From assembly GCA_964016885.1 (NCBI GenBank), contig OZ024743.1, positions 329,282,001-329,346,000 on the forward strand: 64,000 nucleotides of DNA. The letters are read 5' to 3'. Source of the stretch: Eledone cirrhosa (lineage: Eukaryota). A model generated the notes under the pieces. The model made no database searches. It was given only the letters and a program-made list of their open reading frames with translations, and had not been told where the DNA came from. The translations under genes and the position numbers were made by a program. Shown here in pieces: positions 44,091 through 56,946 of this stretch. How positions within the stretch are numbered: position 1 is the stretch's first letter; each line of letters starts with the position of its first letter.

Positions 44091-46222
44091 TAAAAAAGTC
44101 TAAAAAAATCCATGTCCACTCGGACAAAACTGGTAACTTGTATCATATGGATATTGAACATTATAATGAGTTCATATATAAAGAACTCAGAAAAAATTAT
44201 AAAAAATCTAATAATGTGTCACTCACCAACATCAACAACAAAACACACAACATAGTAAAAAAACTAAACATTGAAGATAGAACTGAACCTTTGGCATTGA
44301 AAAGACCACACTTCAACCTGAAAGATCACAAATCTAACTTTAACTCTAATCCTTCTATTAGACTTATATGTCCCTCCAAATCAGATATTGGAATAATTAG
44401 CAAAAAAATTTTAGATAGAGTCATCCCACAAATAAGAAAATACGTTATTTTACCACTCTGGGAAAACACCTCCCAGGTAATTAATTGGTTTAAAAATATT
44501 AGGTGTAAATCTTCTGCTTCTTTCCTACAATTTGATATAGATAATTACTATTCTTCTATATCACCCATACTCCTGAACAAAGCATTAATATTTGCTAAAA
44601 ATAGATCTAATTTAACTTCGGATGACATTAACATTATTACACATGCTAGACTAACACTTATTGAATTTCAGAATGAATACTGGACCAGAAACACATACAG
44701 TAATCTTTTTGATATTACTATGGGTTCAAGCGATTCCGCCCAAATTACTGATCTTGTGGGCCTCTTTCTCCTTTTCAACATAAATGCCTCTTTTCCCCAC
44801 CTCAAAGGTGGTTTATATCGTGATGACTGTCTTCTTCTTTCTAACAACCTTAGCCTTTCAGAAATCGAAAAAAACAAAAAACATATTAGAACTTTCCTTA
44901 AAGACTATTATAATCTTAATATTACTTTTGAAAAAACAAGTAAAGTAGTAAATTTCCTAGATATAACTTTAGATTTAGCTACGGGTATATACCAACCTTA
45001 CCATAAACCTAACCAAAACTTACATTACATACACTCACAATCTAATCACCCTAAATCTATCCTTAAAAACCTTGCATATAATATATCACTTAGAATTTCT
45101 AACCTTTCTTCTAACCAAGATGTATTTGATAAAAATGCGACCTTTTATAATGAAGCTCTAGATAGAAGTGGCCACAAAAATAGATTAGAGTATATACCTT
45201 CTACTAAAAATACTGAAAGCATACAGCATAATATTACCAACAAACACCAAATGAAAAGTACACACCTAAATGCCACCCACAATATATCCCAAAATACTAA
45301 ATCTTCTAATATAAAGTATAGTAACCCTCAAAAAACTACTCATCATACAACTATAATAAATATTAATAATAAAACTCCTAATAAAAAAGATAAAACACCT
45401 AAATCTACAAATATAACTAAAAATAGTTGTGGTGAGATCATTAACATTAATCCTCCTAGTAAAAATCATGATACAACCTATAAAAATAATAAAAATAATA
45501 AACAACATAGAAACCGTAATAGACGAGTTACTTGGTATAATGCTCCTTTTAATTTACAAGTTAAGGATAATATTGCTAAAAAATTTTTTTATATCCTTGA
45601 GAAAAACTTCCCGCCAAACCACAAATACCATCAAATCTTAAATAGGTCTACAGTTAAATTCTCATACTCTACAACAAATAACATAAAACAAAATATAAGT
45701 GCATATAATGCATATAAATGTAAGAAAACCATAAGTATACCACCAGTACATCAAATTAACAATAATATCTCCTCAAATACAGAATTAACGAAAGGATGTA
45801 ACTGTAGAAACAAGACAAACTGCCCATTAAAAGGGAATTGTCTTGTTAACAACATAGTCTATAAATGTAATGTTAAAACTAAAGATTCTATTTGCTCATA
45901 TATAGGAGCTACCTCTAACAATTTTAAGACAAGGTTTAATACCCACAAACATAGTTTTAAAAATGCCGCACTGGCTAATACAACATCTCTAGCAGAAAAA
46001 ATCAATAGTTATAAAAATAAGAATATAAAATATGATTTGACCTGGAGTGTGCTCAAAAGAGCCACCCTTTATCAAAATAATAGAAAGGAATGTAGATTAT
46101 GTTCCCAAGAACTATTTGAAATAATGGGGTCTAAGGATATCTTATTAAATAAACGACAGGAATTAATTATATCGTGTAATCATAAACTAAAAAAAACATT
46201 TAAATATTATAAACCTAATTAA
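44091..46222 (+). CDS. PLE polyprotein: reverse transcriptase + C-terminal GIY-YIG endonuclease; uninterrupted but 5'-truncated
   Basis: SDKTGN; FLQFDIDNYYSSI; FDITMGSSDSAQITDLVG; GGLYRDD; VNFLDITLDL; SNHP; CNCRNKTNC (CxCx5C); IVYKC...YIG.T...FKTRFNTHK; CRLC; CNHK. The first 14 aa of the called ORF (44048-44090) are antisense inverted-arm sequence, not a real start. Confidence 0.93.
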
Positions 46223-47949
46223 TAACATTATTCTAGAAATTAATTTAATTTAAATGTTAGTTAACCTATAAATTTAATTTAATTAATATTTTATTACAGA
46301 TGAGAAAATATTATGTAATCATAAATTGTGAAAAACCTTTAAATATTACTAATATATACTTAGTAATTTAATTTATAGATTAATTTTAATTTATTTAAAC
46401 CTTTTATTATAATTCTTTTACAGATAAAATATAACAAAATAATATCATGTATCCAATGACGGAGAAAGAATTTTTAGTATTATAGACCTAATTAATATAC
46501 ATTTTGGAAATATATTTATTATTTGGTTTTGGTTTTAATCAACCTAAAACTTTAATTTTAATTTGCTTAAAATTAGTATCCTTATACAGACGAATTGCAG
46601 AATGTCATGTAATCATAGAATGGGATGTGTTTTGGATATATACCTAGTTAATATATTCTGTGCAATTTTTTGAAAAAGATATGTATATGTATATGTATAT
46701 GTATATGTGTGTGTTGTGTATGTGTATCTGTATGTATGTTTATGTGTGTATATATGTATATATGTGTATATATATGTATATATATATATATATGTGTGTA
46801 TATGTATGTATATGTGTATGTGTATGTATATGTATATGTATGCGTATTAATTTTGATTTTTATTTGCATATAATTATATTATGCTATTGATGAAATACAA
46901 TATCTGCTTTATGTATTGTATACCTAATTAACATATACTAATTAACGTATACTATTGAAATAAATATATAATTTTTAATTTAGTTAACATATAATTTATA
47001 TGCTACTACCGATGTAATACTTTATTTTATTTTTATTTGGGTTTCTTTTCCCTATTACTAAATTCATCTCCTAATATTGATACCATAACGTTATTAACTT
47101 TAATTTAGTTATAATGTAATTAATAATCTACTACTGTTTGACTTCAAAATTCTGCTTCAAATATTATAAACCTAACTAATTTACACCTTAGAAATCAATA
47201 TGTTGACTATCTTTGGTTTAGTTAACATAAGATTAATGGTATACTTATTTATTTTGAGATGCATAGATTTCGTATTTCCTAGCACTGAAAATATGTAAGA
47301 ACATACATTGAATTAAGATACGGAAAATATTATATGTTTCTTGAAACATATATTTACTTTGATCACCTTCTCCAAACCCCCCCTTTCCCCCATACTATTA
47401 TCATCTGTATTTGTAAGCGTCTATGTATGAATATATATGTAGGTAGGTGTCTATATAGGTTTGGGTATTTATATCTAAATATAAAAATACATATATGAGC
47501 ATGCAATTATGAATGTAAGATTGTGTGTGTATATATGATTGTACATACATATGTGTGTATATATATGTATATATATGTATTATATATGTATGTGTATGTG
47601 AATGTGTTGTATGTATATGTGTATGTATGTGTATATATGTGTATGTATGTGTATGCTTGTATATATAGGAATATATATATGTGTATATATGTATGTATAT
47701 GTATATGCGTGTATGTATGTATGTGTATATGTGTTGTGTATATATATGTATGTCTCTCTATTTATATGTTTATCTTCGTATCTATGTGATATATGTGTGT
47801 GTGTGTGCACGTATGCATATGTATGTGTTTGTGTGTGTTTATATGTGTGTGTGTATATATGTGTGTGTGCGCACACTCACATACACATATATATATATAT
47901 ATATGTGAGTGTGTATGTGTGTCTGTGTGTGTGTGTGTGTGTGTATGTG

Positions 47950-47987
<38 letters not shown>

Positions 47988-48102
47988 GATATATATATAT
48001 ATATATATATAGGTGTCTATGTGTGAATATATGTCTTTACTCGTATGTGTGTATTTATGTATGTATATGTTTATGTGTATGTATGTATGTGTATGTATGT
48101 AT

Positions 48103-48134
<32 letters not shown>

Positions 48135-48490
48135 GTATATATATATATATGTATATTATTCTTTATTATTATTGTAATATAACTTATGAGTATATGTGTA
48201 TAAGTGAGGTTGTGTATGTATATATAATATGTGTATATATAAGAGTAATGAAATATATATATATATATATATATATGTGCATGTCTGTTTTTTATGTGTG
48301 TGTATATATATGTATATATGTATATATGTATATATTTGTATACGTGTGTGTATATAGATATATATATATATATATACATGTGGGTGTTTGTATGTGTATT
48401 TATGGTGGTATGAGTGTGTGGATATATATATGTTTATATATATGTATGTATATATATATATATATATATATATGAGTCTATGTGTGTGTG

Positions 48491-48521
<31 letters not shown>

Positions 48522-48856
48522 GTATATGTATGTGTGTATATATATGTGTGTGTATGTATATATGTATATGTGTATGTATGTGTGTATATATATATATCTC
48601 TATTAATGCGTGTGTGTATGTATATACATATGCGTTTTTTTATTATTATTTTCATTTGTATGTCTGAGTTTGGTGAGGTGGTATTGTTTTTTATGTATAT
48701 ACTCATATATGGAAGCGTATGTATTTATTTATATGAGTATAAGTAGGTGCATATGTATGTATGATTATATATCTAATTCTATGTATGAAGGTACATCTAT
48801 ATGTATATATATATACGTGTGTATGTAAGTTGTGTGTGTATGTATCTTTATGTCTA

Positions 48857-48907
<51 letters not shown>

Positions 48908-48996
48908 CGATGTGCGTATATGTATGTACATGTATGTACATGTATGTGTGTATGTATGTGTATGTATATTTAGATGTATGTGTATGTATATGTATA

Positions 48997-49053
<57 letters not shown>

Positions 49054-49874
49054 ATATATATATATATATGGATATATATCTTTATTATCTATTTTTTATA
49101 TATATGTGTATGTGTGTACGTGTTGCGCGGGTGTGTGTGTATATATATATCTTTTTATATGTGTATGTGTATGTTCGTGTAAGTGTATGTGTGTGTATGA
49201 CTGTATATGTATGTGTGTATGTGTGTATGCGTAAATATCTCTATGTGCGCGTACATGTATGTATGTGTATATATATCTGTATGTGTATGTACATTATTTA
49301 TATTTATTATATTTTATTGTTTTTATTTTTTTATTTTTCTTAATTTATAGATACATTTATATTAGGCAGTCTGCTCAGACAATTGAATACTGACCCCTTC
49401 CCCCCCCTCCCACCTAATTTCTGTATCTTGATCTTGAAATGTGTGTGCCAGTGTTTTATGTGAGTGACTTAATTTCTATGTGCTTATGATTTTATATCCA
49501 CATATATAAATGTGAGTGGGGGAGTGTGTGTGTTTGTATGTTCGTGGTTATGTGTATATTTATGCATATACGCGCATGTATGTGTGATTATACTGATATG
49601 TGTGAGTATGAAAAAATATATTTATATGCTTGACTCCATAAGTATCAATGCGCATCTTATCAGCGCATTGAGCTTACAGAGATATTAACCTTGAAATTTT
49701 GTGTTTGCATCCATCTTTTTAGTATGCGCATACAAATTATACACACATTATTGTAAAATATGTGTAAGGATTTTACATGTATATACACACACCGAACTGC
49801 TTTTAACCCTTTGTGTTTTCATTGGTCAATTTTGAACTGATATTTTGAATTGTTGTTATTATCAATAAATATAC

Positions 49875-50029
49875 TTCATTATTTCTGAAGACGGCGTATA
49901 TATGTGTTAGGTATGTATATTTAATCTTGATAATTTGTATAATTTTGTATAATTTTGTACATAGATCTGTTGAATATGCATACCAATTATAACACATATA
50001 TACCCTAGAAACGATCGTTAAATAGTGAA
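49875..50029 (+). ncRNA. Type I hammerhead of the PLE 3' end with a 116-nt stem II
   Basis: TTCATTATTT-CTGAAGA(49885)-CGGCGTATATATGTGTTA...TAACACATATATACCCTA-GAAAC(50008)-GATC-GTT|AAATAGTGAA; 10-bp stem I, palindromic stem III AACGATCGTT. Confidence 0.8.
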
Positions 50030-50089
50030 CTTTTTTTGTTTAATATAAGGAATTGTTTGTTCATTATTTGTTTAATATTTTATATATAT

Positions 50090-50121
<32 letters not shown>

Positions 50122-51516
50122 CATACATGTACATAATCTAGTGTTGATCGGAGAGATAAAGTACTAAATACTCCGATAATAATGTCCTACCTCTTACACT
50201 CCAGTTAGCCCCCAACCCCAGTTGTACAAAGACATCAAACTAGGAAGTCAGTGTTGTGTTATAACAGACACTCGAGATAGTTTCTGACATTTCAGATAAC
50301 GCATTAAACCTAAAACTATTTCAAACCTCCATTTATTATCAACATATTCCACTGTCTGTCTATATCTATGGCGCCTTTTACCACCCTCTCTCCCCATAAT
50401 TATCTTTTCTGTCTAACCTATCTAGCTTGTGTCTTTTAGTTAACCCTTCTGATACAAAACTGCATGAAACCGCCCTGGATTTATGATACAAAACAAAAAT
50501 TCTCGTTTTAAAATGTTTATCTTTATATTAAAACGTTTCATCGTGATTTTATTTTAGACATTTTTTATTAGTAATGTTTTAATCATTAGCTTAATAAGGA
50601 AATATTTAATTACTTTATTGCATGTGTGCATAGCCTCGTAACTCCCGAGGGTGTCGTAGGGGCGCCGTACTGACATATGGCATTTCTAGGGTGTTATTTT
50701 AAACCTGGCAGAGCCCATCTCTTCACAAGGAGTTACTTTATTAAACCCTCCAAATTCTTCCTTACTTTCAAAATTATCTGAAAACTATAGATAGAGTGCC
50801 CCAGCATGGCTCAGTTTGTCTGGTGGAACACGTAATAGAGTAATTGAGTAATAGGGTGTCATTAGAAATTTGTTAATGAGAGGGTTAATAGCCTTAGAAA
50901 CACTGCCAATATATTTCCTTCTTCTAAACCGAACCAACGAAGAAACCTCTAGGTGGTCACTCTATCTGCAATAAATAGCAGCCAAATTCCCTTCAGATCA
51001 GACCCTGGAGGAAGGTTCAGTTGTTCAGTGCCTAGGGTGCCTAGGGTTTTCACAGGCCCTCAATGTCCGGTAAGATTGATTGATACTGTCCATGTTCCAT
51101 TTAGCCTGTTGCAAATACATGAGTAAGGGACTAATTCCTGGGGACTGACAGTCTGGATAGGAACGACTGGGGTGTAGTAGTTAGTGTGGGCCGGGACGGG
51201 AACATCGGACACAACCTGGAGAATGAGAGAAGGATGATAAACGAGTGTGTCGGGAGTGTGTGGCTGAAGGTAGCGGAGGTCACGGTCTCGGCCTGTCAGA
51301 GGTGCTGAGGTCATTTTAGTAGTGTTAGAAATGTTAGAGAGAGAGGGGGGTGTGTTTATGTGTGTATGAGAAAGAGATAGCGTGTGTATATGAGAAAACG
51401 AGAGCGAGAGGGGGGCGAGAGAGGGAGGAAAGAGAGAGAGAGAGAGAAAGAGAGAGAAAGAGGGGGGGGGGTCAGGAGGAGATGAGAGACAGAAAAGTGT
51501 CTTTATGTGTGTGTAT

Positions 51517-51551
<35 letters not shown>

Positions 51552-51859
51552 GAGAGAGAGAGAGAGAAAGAGAACAGAAAAGTCGCTTTATGTGTGAGTA
51601 TGAGATGAGAGGAGAGAGAGAGGAGAGAGAGAGAGAGGAGCGGAGAGAGAGAAGAAGAGGAGAGAGAAGAAGAGAGAGAGAGAGAAAGCAAGTATGTGAG
51701 CCAGAAGATGGGTGTGCCAATGAGTAACATTATGTCAATCTGTCCAGTTTCTATTTACATCTCGGCCGAGTTTTAGATGTGACAACAGCTGTGTGCCAGA
51801 TGTGAGGACAGTAGTGTAAGTAAAAGGTGAGCTTTATAATGCTGGATAACAGTTTTATA

Positions 51860-52175
51860 TACCTTTAATAAGGCGATATGTTCTCAGTAGAGAGACCCTT
51901 AACAAGGCAAGTTATTCTCAGGAAAGACACCTATAATAAAGAAAGATGTTTCTAATTGTGACACCCGTAATAAAGCAGGCTGTCCCTAATAGATATACTT
52001 TTCCTAAGGCGGGATGTAATCAGTGGGGAGACCCTTAATAAGACTAGATGTTCTCAGTAGAATACAATTAATAAAACCGAGATGTTCTCAATAGAGACAC
52101 CCTTAATAAGGTAAGGTGTTCTCGGTAGATACACCTTTAATAAGACATGAAATTAATAGAAAAGATACCCTTAAC
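51860..52175. repeat. Diverged ~35-bp tandem repeat
   Basis: Recurrent (A)CCCTTAATAAGGCGAGATGTTCTCAGTAGAGA-like units. Confidence 0.7.
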
Positions 52176-53338
52176 CGTCAGGCACCTGTTCCAGTTTAAA
52201 GAGGGACTATACAGCAACAACTACTTGAAATGAAAAATACCACTGTTGTTGGAATATTTTAAATTCAAATATGTTTCCTCTTAAAACAATTATAGGTCCC
52301 CTCAGACGCTGGCTTTTCTCTGAATGAGGATCTACAACTGTGACTCCTAAATCCCACATTCGGATGAATGTAACTTTAGGTGCTGTATGGACACCGTTGC
52401 TTATAAAAACAAAATAAACCTACACTTCTCCGTCTACTGGTTTAAAATCGCTCTGAAATTAACTGATCCCTTTTTCTACACATACTTAGACACTTCCCAG
52501 GCGGTTCCCATGTTTCCATTGCTAATAGTTTGAAAAGGGATTGGTTTTTCCTTCCAGATCATTATTGAGTGATAAGGGTGTTTGTGTGTGTGTAAGTGTG
52601 TATGTAAAAGTTTAACTAAAAAACTCTGCTAGGAAATAGAACAATAGATGTTCTAAGAGACATATTGAAAGCTGTTTTCTTTCAATTGCAAACCCATCTC
52701 TCTCTCTCTCTCTCTCTCCCCCTCTCTCTCTCTCTCTCCTCTCTCTCTCTTCTCTCTCTCTATCTCCTCTATCTCTCTCTCTCTCTCTCCTCTCTCCTCT
52801 CTCGCTCTCTCTCTCTCTTCACACACACACACACACAATATATCTGTCTCTACCTAGGGCGGTAAAATTCCCGAGATCCATACAAACCCGAACCAGAGGT
52901 TAGAGACTGTTTACCAAGGGTAGAACCGGTGGTTTCGGTTTGTGAATAATAATGTAACAAATTATTTAAAGCACTCAACGTTATGCAAATCATCCATCGT
53001 AGATGTGGTATCCAGTGATTGGTGCAGGAACGTAGTAAATTATTAAACACAACAACAGAAGGCTGGACTGGAAAATTACCTTAGAAATTTAGTTCAAATA
53101 TTTCGATGGCCCAGCTCTCTCATCTGATCATGGAGCAAGACCCAGGCGATTTCATCAGGTGTTATTTGCCAGAATTATGTAACAGAATTACGTTGAACCC
53201 AAACATAGAATGAAAGATAGAAAAAAAAATAGTAGATAGAAAATAGAAAATATGGTGTTATATGGATAACAGGCGGTTCCATACACACACACACACGCAT
53301 ATATAATATATAATATATATAATATATATATATATATG

Positions 53339-53380
<42 letters not shown>

Positions 53381-53385
<5 letters not shown>

Positions 53386-54005
53386 AATATTTCGTATCTC
53401 CAAAGAAATACGGTTTTAGGAACCCGTAGCTATGCAAACACCGGGGGGGGGGGGGGGGGGCTAACGCCCTCTGGTGATGTCTAGCAGAAGAAAGGGGGAC
53501 AACCGTCTATGCATTTAAGGCTTAACTGGCCTTCGTCGGGACGGTCCCTCCCACCGCTTGCGACTGCTGGACTAGAAGACAGGCGAGAAATATACTTTTC
53601 TCGTCTGTGTAAATGAGGTGATTAATCTCATTTGCATATGAAGCTGCATAAGTTGGCTCAACTTATAATAAAAAGAAATAGGATTTCGCTTCAGCATAGC
53701 TTTATACAAATATGTATAAATATTTCGTATCTCCAAAGAAATAACGGTTTTAGGAAGCTGTAGCTATGCAAACACACGGGGGGGGGGGGCTAACGCCCTC
53801 TGGTGATGGTCCAGTAGAAGCAAGGGGGACAACCGTCTATGCATATTAACGGCTGAGCAGCCTAATTTACAAACAAACCGAACATTATAATAAATGTTCG
53901 GTAAACCCATACGTACATATATATATATATATATGTGCATGTATGTATGTATATACATACTACTGTACGTCTGTATACATATATGTATGTACGTATACAT
54001 AACTT
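53381..54005. mobile_element. Dispersed repeat with ~333-bp direct duplication; 53850-54000 matches 11760-11910 inverted
   Basis: GTATAAATATTTCGTATCTCCAAAGAAAT...GGGGGACAACCGTCTATGCAT at 53381 and 53714; GTATGGGTTTACCGAA(G/C)ATTTATTATAATG shared with the 11.8-kb region. Confidence 0.7.
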
Positions 54006-54188
54006 ATATTTAAATATCAGCCGTACTAAGAGTGAGAAATGAAATTTCATTTTTTCCATTTATCGTTATCCATTTATCGGTACGCCCGGCCGACTAGGGT
54101 AGAAGATGCTGAATGTTTGGTCGCCCTCATGTCTCTGATTTTTCAGCCCAATGGATTTTGTCTATTGTATTCCTTTGTAATATTTCAA

Positions 54189-54246
54189 ATACCTGATGAT
54201 GTCACCGGATTCATACTGAACCCGGTCACTGAAGTGATCATAGTAT
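54189..54246 (+). ncRNA. Hammerhead, one core mutation (GAAG for GAAA)
   Basis: ATAC-CTGATGA-TGTCACCGG ATTCATACTGAAC CCGGTCACT-GAAGT-GATC-ATA|GTAT; stem II ends resemble 18495 and 25137. Confidence 0.65.
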
Positions 54247-54439
54247 AATAAACCTTTCAAGGAAGTACACCAGTCCAGCCTCCTGTTATTTTATAATAAT
54301 TAACTCCGTAGTCGCACCACCAACTACACAAACGAAGACGGGTGAGTTGCATTACGTTGAGTGCTCTCCATAACATTACATCGGGGTTGACCATACGCAA
54401 TGACCAGTTCTATCCAGTGGTGAACCAACAAACCTAAAT

Positions 54440-54529
<90 letters not shown>

Positions 54530-54855
54530 GAATTTATATCGATATACAAATATCGACGACTCGATGCACGATAACCAATGAAAATTTGGCGCAAGTATAC
54601 CGAAAACACACCGCACTGCTAAAGTTATGGATACATTCTAAATATCTTACAAATAAATAATGATAACAAAGGCAAGTTATTTTGCACATTTCATTCATTG
54701 TTTTACGATTGTTTCGGACGGCTGATCACAGTGATATATTGACTAATTGACTGATCTATAGCAGTTAGAGAACTGTATACTATCCGAAAAAAATAATTAC
54801 ATATATAATAGAAGAAACGAGGAAGTTTCGTTTACATATGAAAAATATTTATTGC

Positions 54856-54958
54856 GTATCGACCTGTTACGCATGTTTCGCAGAGTATTGGCTCAAGGTG
54901 ACCTATAGGAATTATGCACCCGATTCAAGTATCAATCTGCTCTTCAGATTGGTGATGC
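54856..54958 (-). ncRNA. Type I hammerhead, 61-nt stem II, imperfect stem I
   Basis: CACCAAT-CTGAAGA-GCAGA...TCTGC-GAAAC-ATGC-GTA|ACAGGT. Confidence 0.65.
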
Positions 54959-55210
54959 GACAAAAGATATATTTTTGTTGTGGTGTACTCACCGATATTC
55001 ATGTTCCTGTTTACGTTAGCGTGCGAGCTATTAAGGATTCGTGTGTGAGTGGGCGCGTTTTGGAATGTGTAAAGGAAACTTCCTCATTTCTATTATATAC
55101 ACTCTGCCTGTGCACAGAATGTTTGATTTGGTACCAACACAGAGTATTTCACTGTACCACCTACACTATATATATATTGGAAAATGTGTGAGATCCTTGG
55201 TACAGTTAAG

Positions 55211-55541
55211 TATATTTGAAAAAAAGGAAAAGAATGACTTCACTTGTAGTATTAAACAATTTATGATTTAATGTTATAATATTATAATATTATGAGTTGG
55301 TAGATCCAGTAAGTTCTTTGTTAACTTCGGTGGGAAGAATTTTAGAGATTCCTGGTTAACTTGGGTTGGACGAAAAAGTTCTCCAACCCAAGTTAACCAG
55401 GAATCTCTAAAATTCTTCCCACCGAAGTTAACAAAGAACTTACTGGATCTACCAACTCATAATATTATAATATTATAACATTAAATCGTAAATTTGTTAA
55501 CAGTACAAGTGAAGTCATTCTTTTCCTTTTTTTCAAATATA
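55211..55541. repeat. Fold-back, ~160-bp arms with 11-nt loop
   Basis: 55211-55370 is inverted at 55382-55541; ends in (TA)n. Confidence 0.9.
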
Positions 55542-55560
55542 TATATATATATATATATAT

Positions 55561-56897
55561 ACAAGGGATAACAAAATATCATTATAGGTAATCCAGTTAA
55601 AGGTTGTGAATACTTCTTATTATGGATAGTTTTAGCATACGGCGTTGTTTGACTCAACAAGAGGTTTACGTAGATGGCGAGTTTATGATTTCACTTGTAT
55701 TCCTATGTAAGTTTATCTTGGAGTAATAAAATTGAAAAAGTGAAGAATAACATGGTCGACAGTACAAAAAAGGGGAATTTATCATCAATTTTACTGTTAA
55801 GTAGCATTTTGAAAGAACTATTTTCTGTAGGCATAAAACGGCGACCAAATTTGAGAACTTTAGACCAGCTTAATTCATCTTATCTATTCCATAACCCAAA
55901 TTGTACCACTTAAATCTATTATAATATCACATCATCATCATTATTGTTATAATTGTCATCATCTATCAATTAACCAACATCAAAACCTCTTATATCTACA
56001 TTTATATTTTATGTATCTCTATCTTTCACTTTCTGTCTCTCTATTTCTCTCCCTAAATTTATTTCATCTCTGGCATTTTATTTTATCTTATCATATCATT
56101 TTCGCTTCTAATATAACATACAACTAATTAATCAAATAATTAATTAAATATATAATTAATTTATTAAAATAACCAATACGCACATAAATATATTTAACAT
56201 TATCATATTTACACCTTCGTAACTCTCTATATTTTAACCACTTTCAATAATCTTAATACGTTTAAATTTCTTCGCACATTTTTACTTATTTATTTTCATA
56301 TTTTCAAAATTCATATTTTGTATCATTTTGTATCATCCTCGATGTAATTTGTTTATTTATTTATTTATTTATTTAAATTTATTCATGTATTAACATGTAT
56401 TCATTTATTGTTGATATCATTATTTTCCCTTTATTTTTATTTTTATCTTACGTTATTTCTCCGTTATCCTTTTCTTTCCTCTTTCTCTTCTCCTTTCTCT
56501 ATATCTTTTTTTTCTCTATATATCTTTCTCTGCTTTCATTTCATCTTTTCTTTTTCTTTTTCTTTTTCTTTTTCTTTTTCTTTTTCTTTTTCCTTTTCCT
56601 TTTCATTCTTTCTTTCCTTTATCTATCTCTCTTTCTTTCTTTTTTTCTCTCTCTATCTTTATTATTAATATTATTATTGATGCTGTAATTTGAATTTGTA
56701 GATTTGCCGGTTATATATTTTTTGTTATAGTCTCTGATGTTCTGATTGAGCTAACATTGTATTTAAAATTGAGTGGCACTGCTTCTAGTGTTCAGCAATT
56801 TTTAGACAACTTAATCAGAGAAACAATTGTTAGACTGTAAATAAATACCCCTTTTTTGTACTGTTAACCATGTTATTCTTCACTTTTTCAATTTTAT
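55561..56897 (+). mobile_element. Second, older PLE 3' remnant with inverted terminal copy
   Basis: ORF-end remnant FCRHKTATKFENFRPA* (55823-55873) resembles SCNHKLKKTFKYYKPN*; AT-rich UTR; hammerhead at 56726; 56843-56897 is inverted at 55726-55782; TA flanks. Confidence 0.65.
56726..56839 (+). ncRNA. Type I hammerhead, 79-nt stem II, one core mutation
   Basis: TATAGTCT-CTGATGT-TCTGATTGAG...CTTAATCAGA-GAAAC-AATT-GTT|AGACTGTA. Confidence 0.7.
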
Positions 56898-56899
56898 AT

Positions 56900-56946
<47 letters not shown>

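Noticed and set aside
38771-50083. DNA transposon with giant terminal inverted repeats
   Set aside because: The arms contain the RT/GIY-YIG ORF itself and are unequal truncations of one retroelement; no transposase.
53095-53165. Hammerhead on the minus strand (CTGATGA...GAAAT)
   Set aside because: Stem I does not pair and stem II closure is poor; at best a heavily decayed copy.
53520-53575. Twister-like motif (minus strand GTCGCAAGC...GAGGG)
   Set aside because: Could not build P1/P4 or the pseudoknots.
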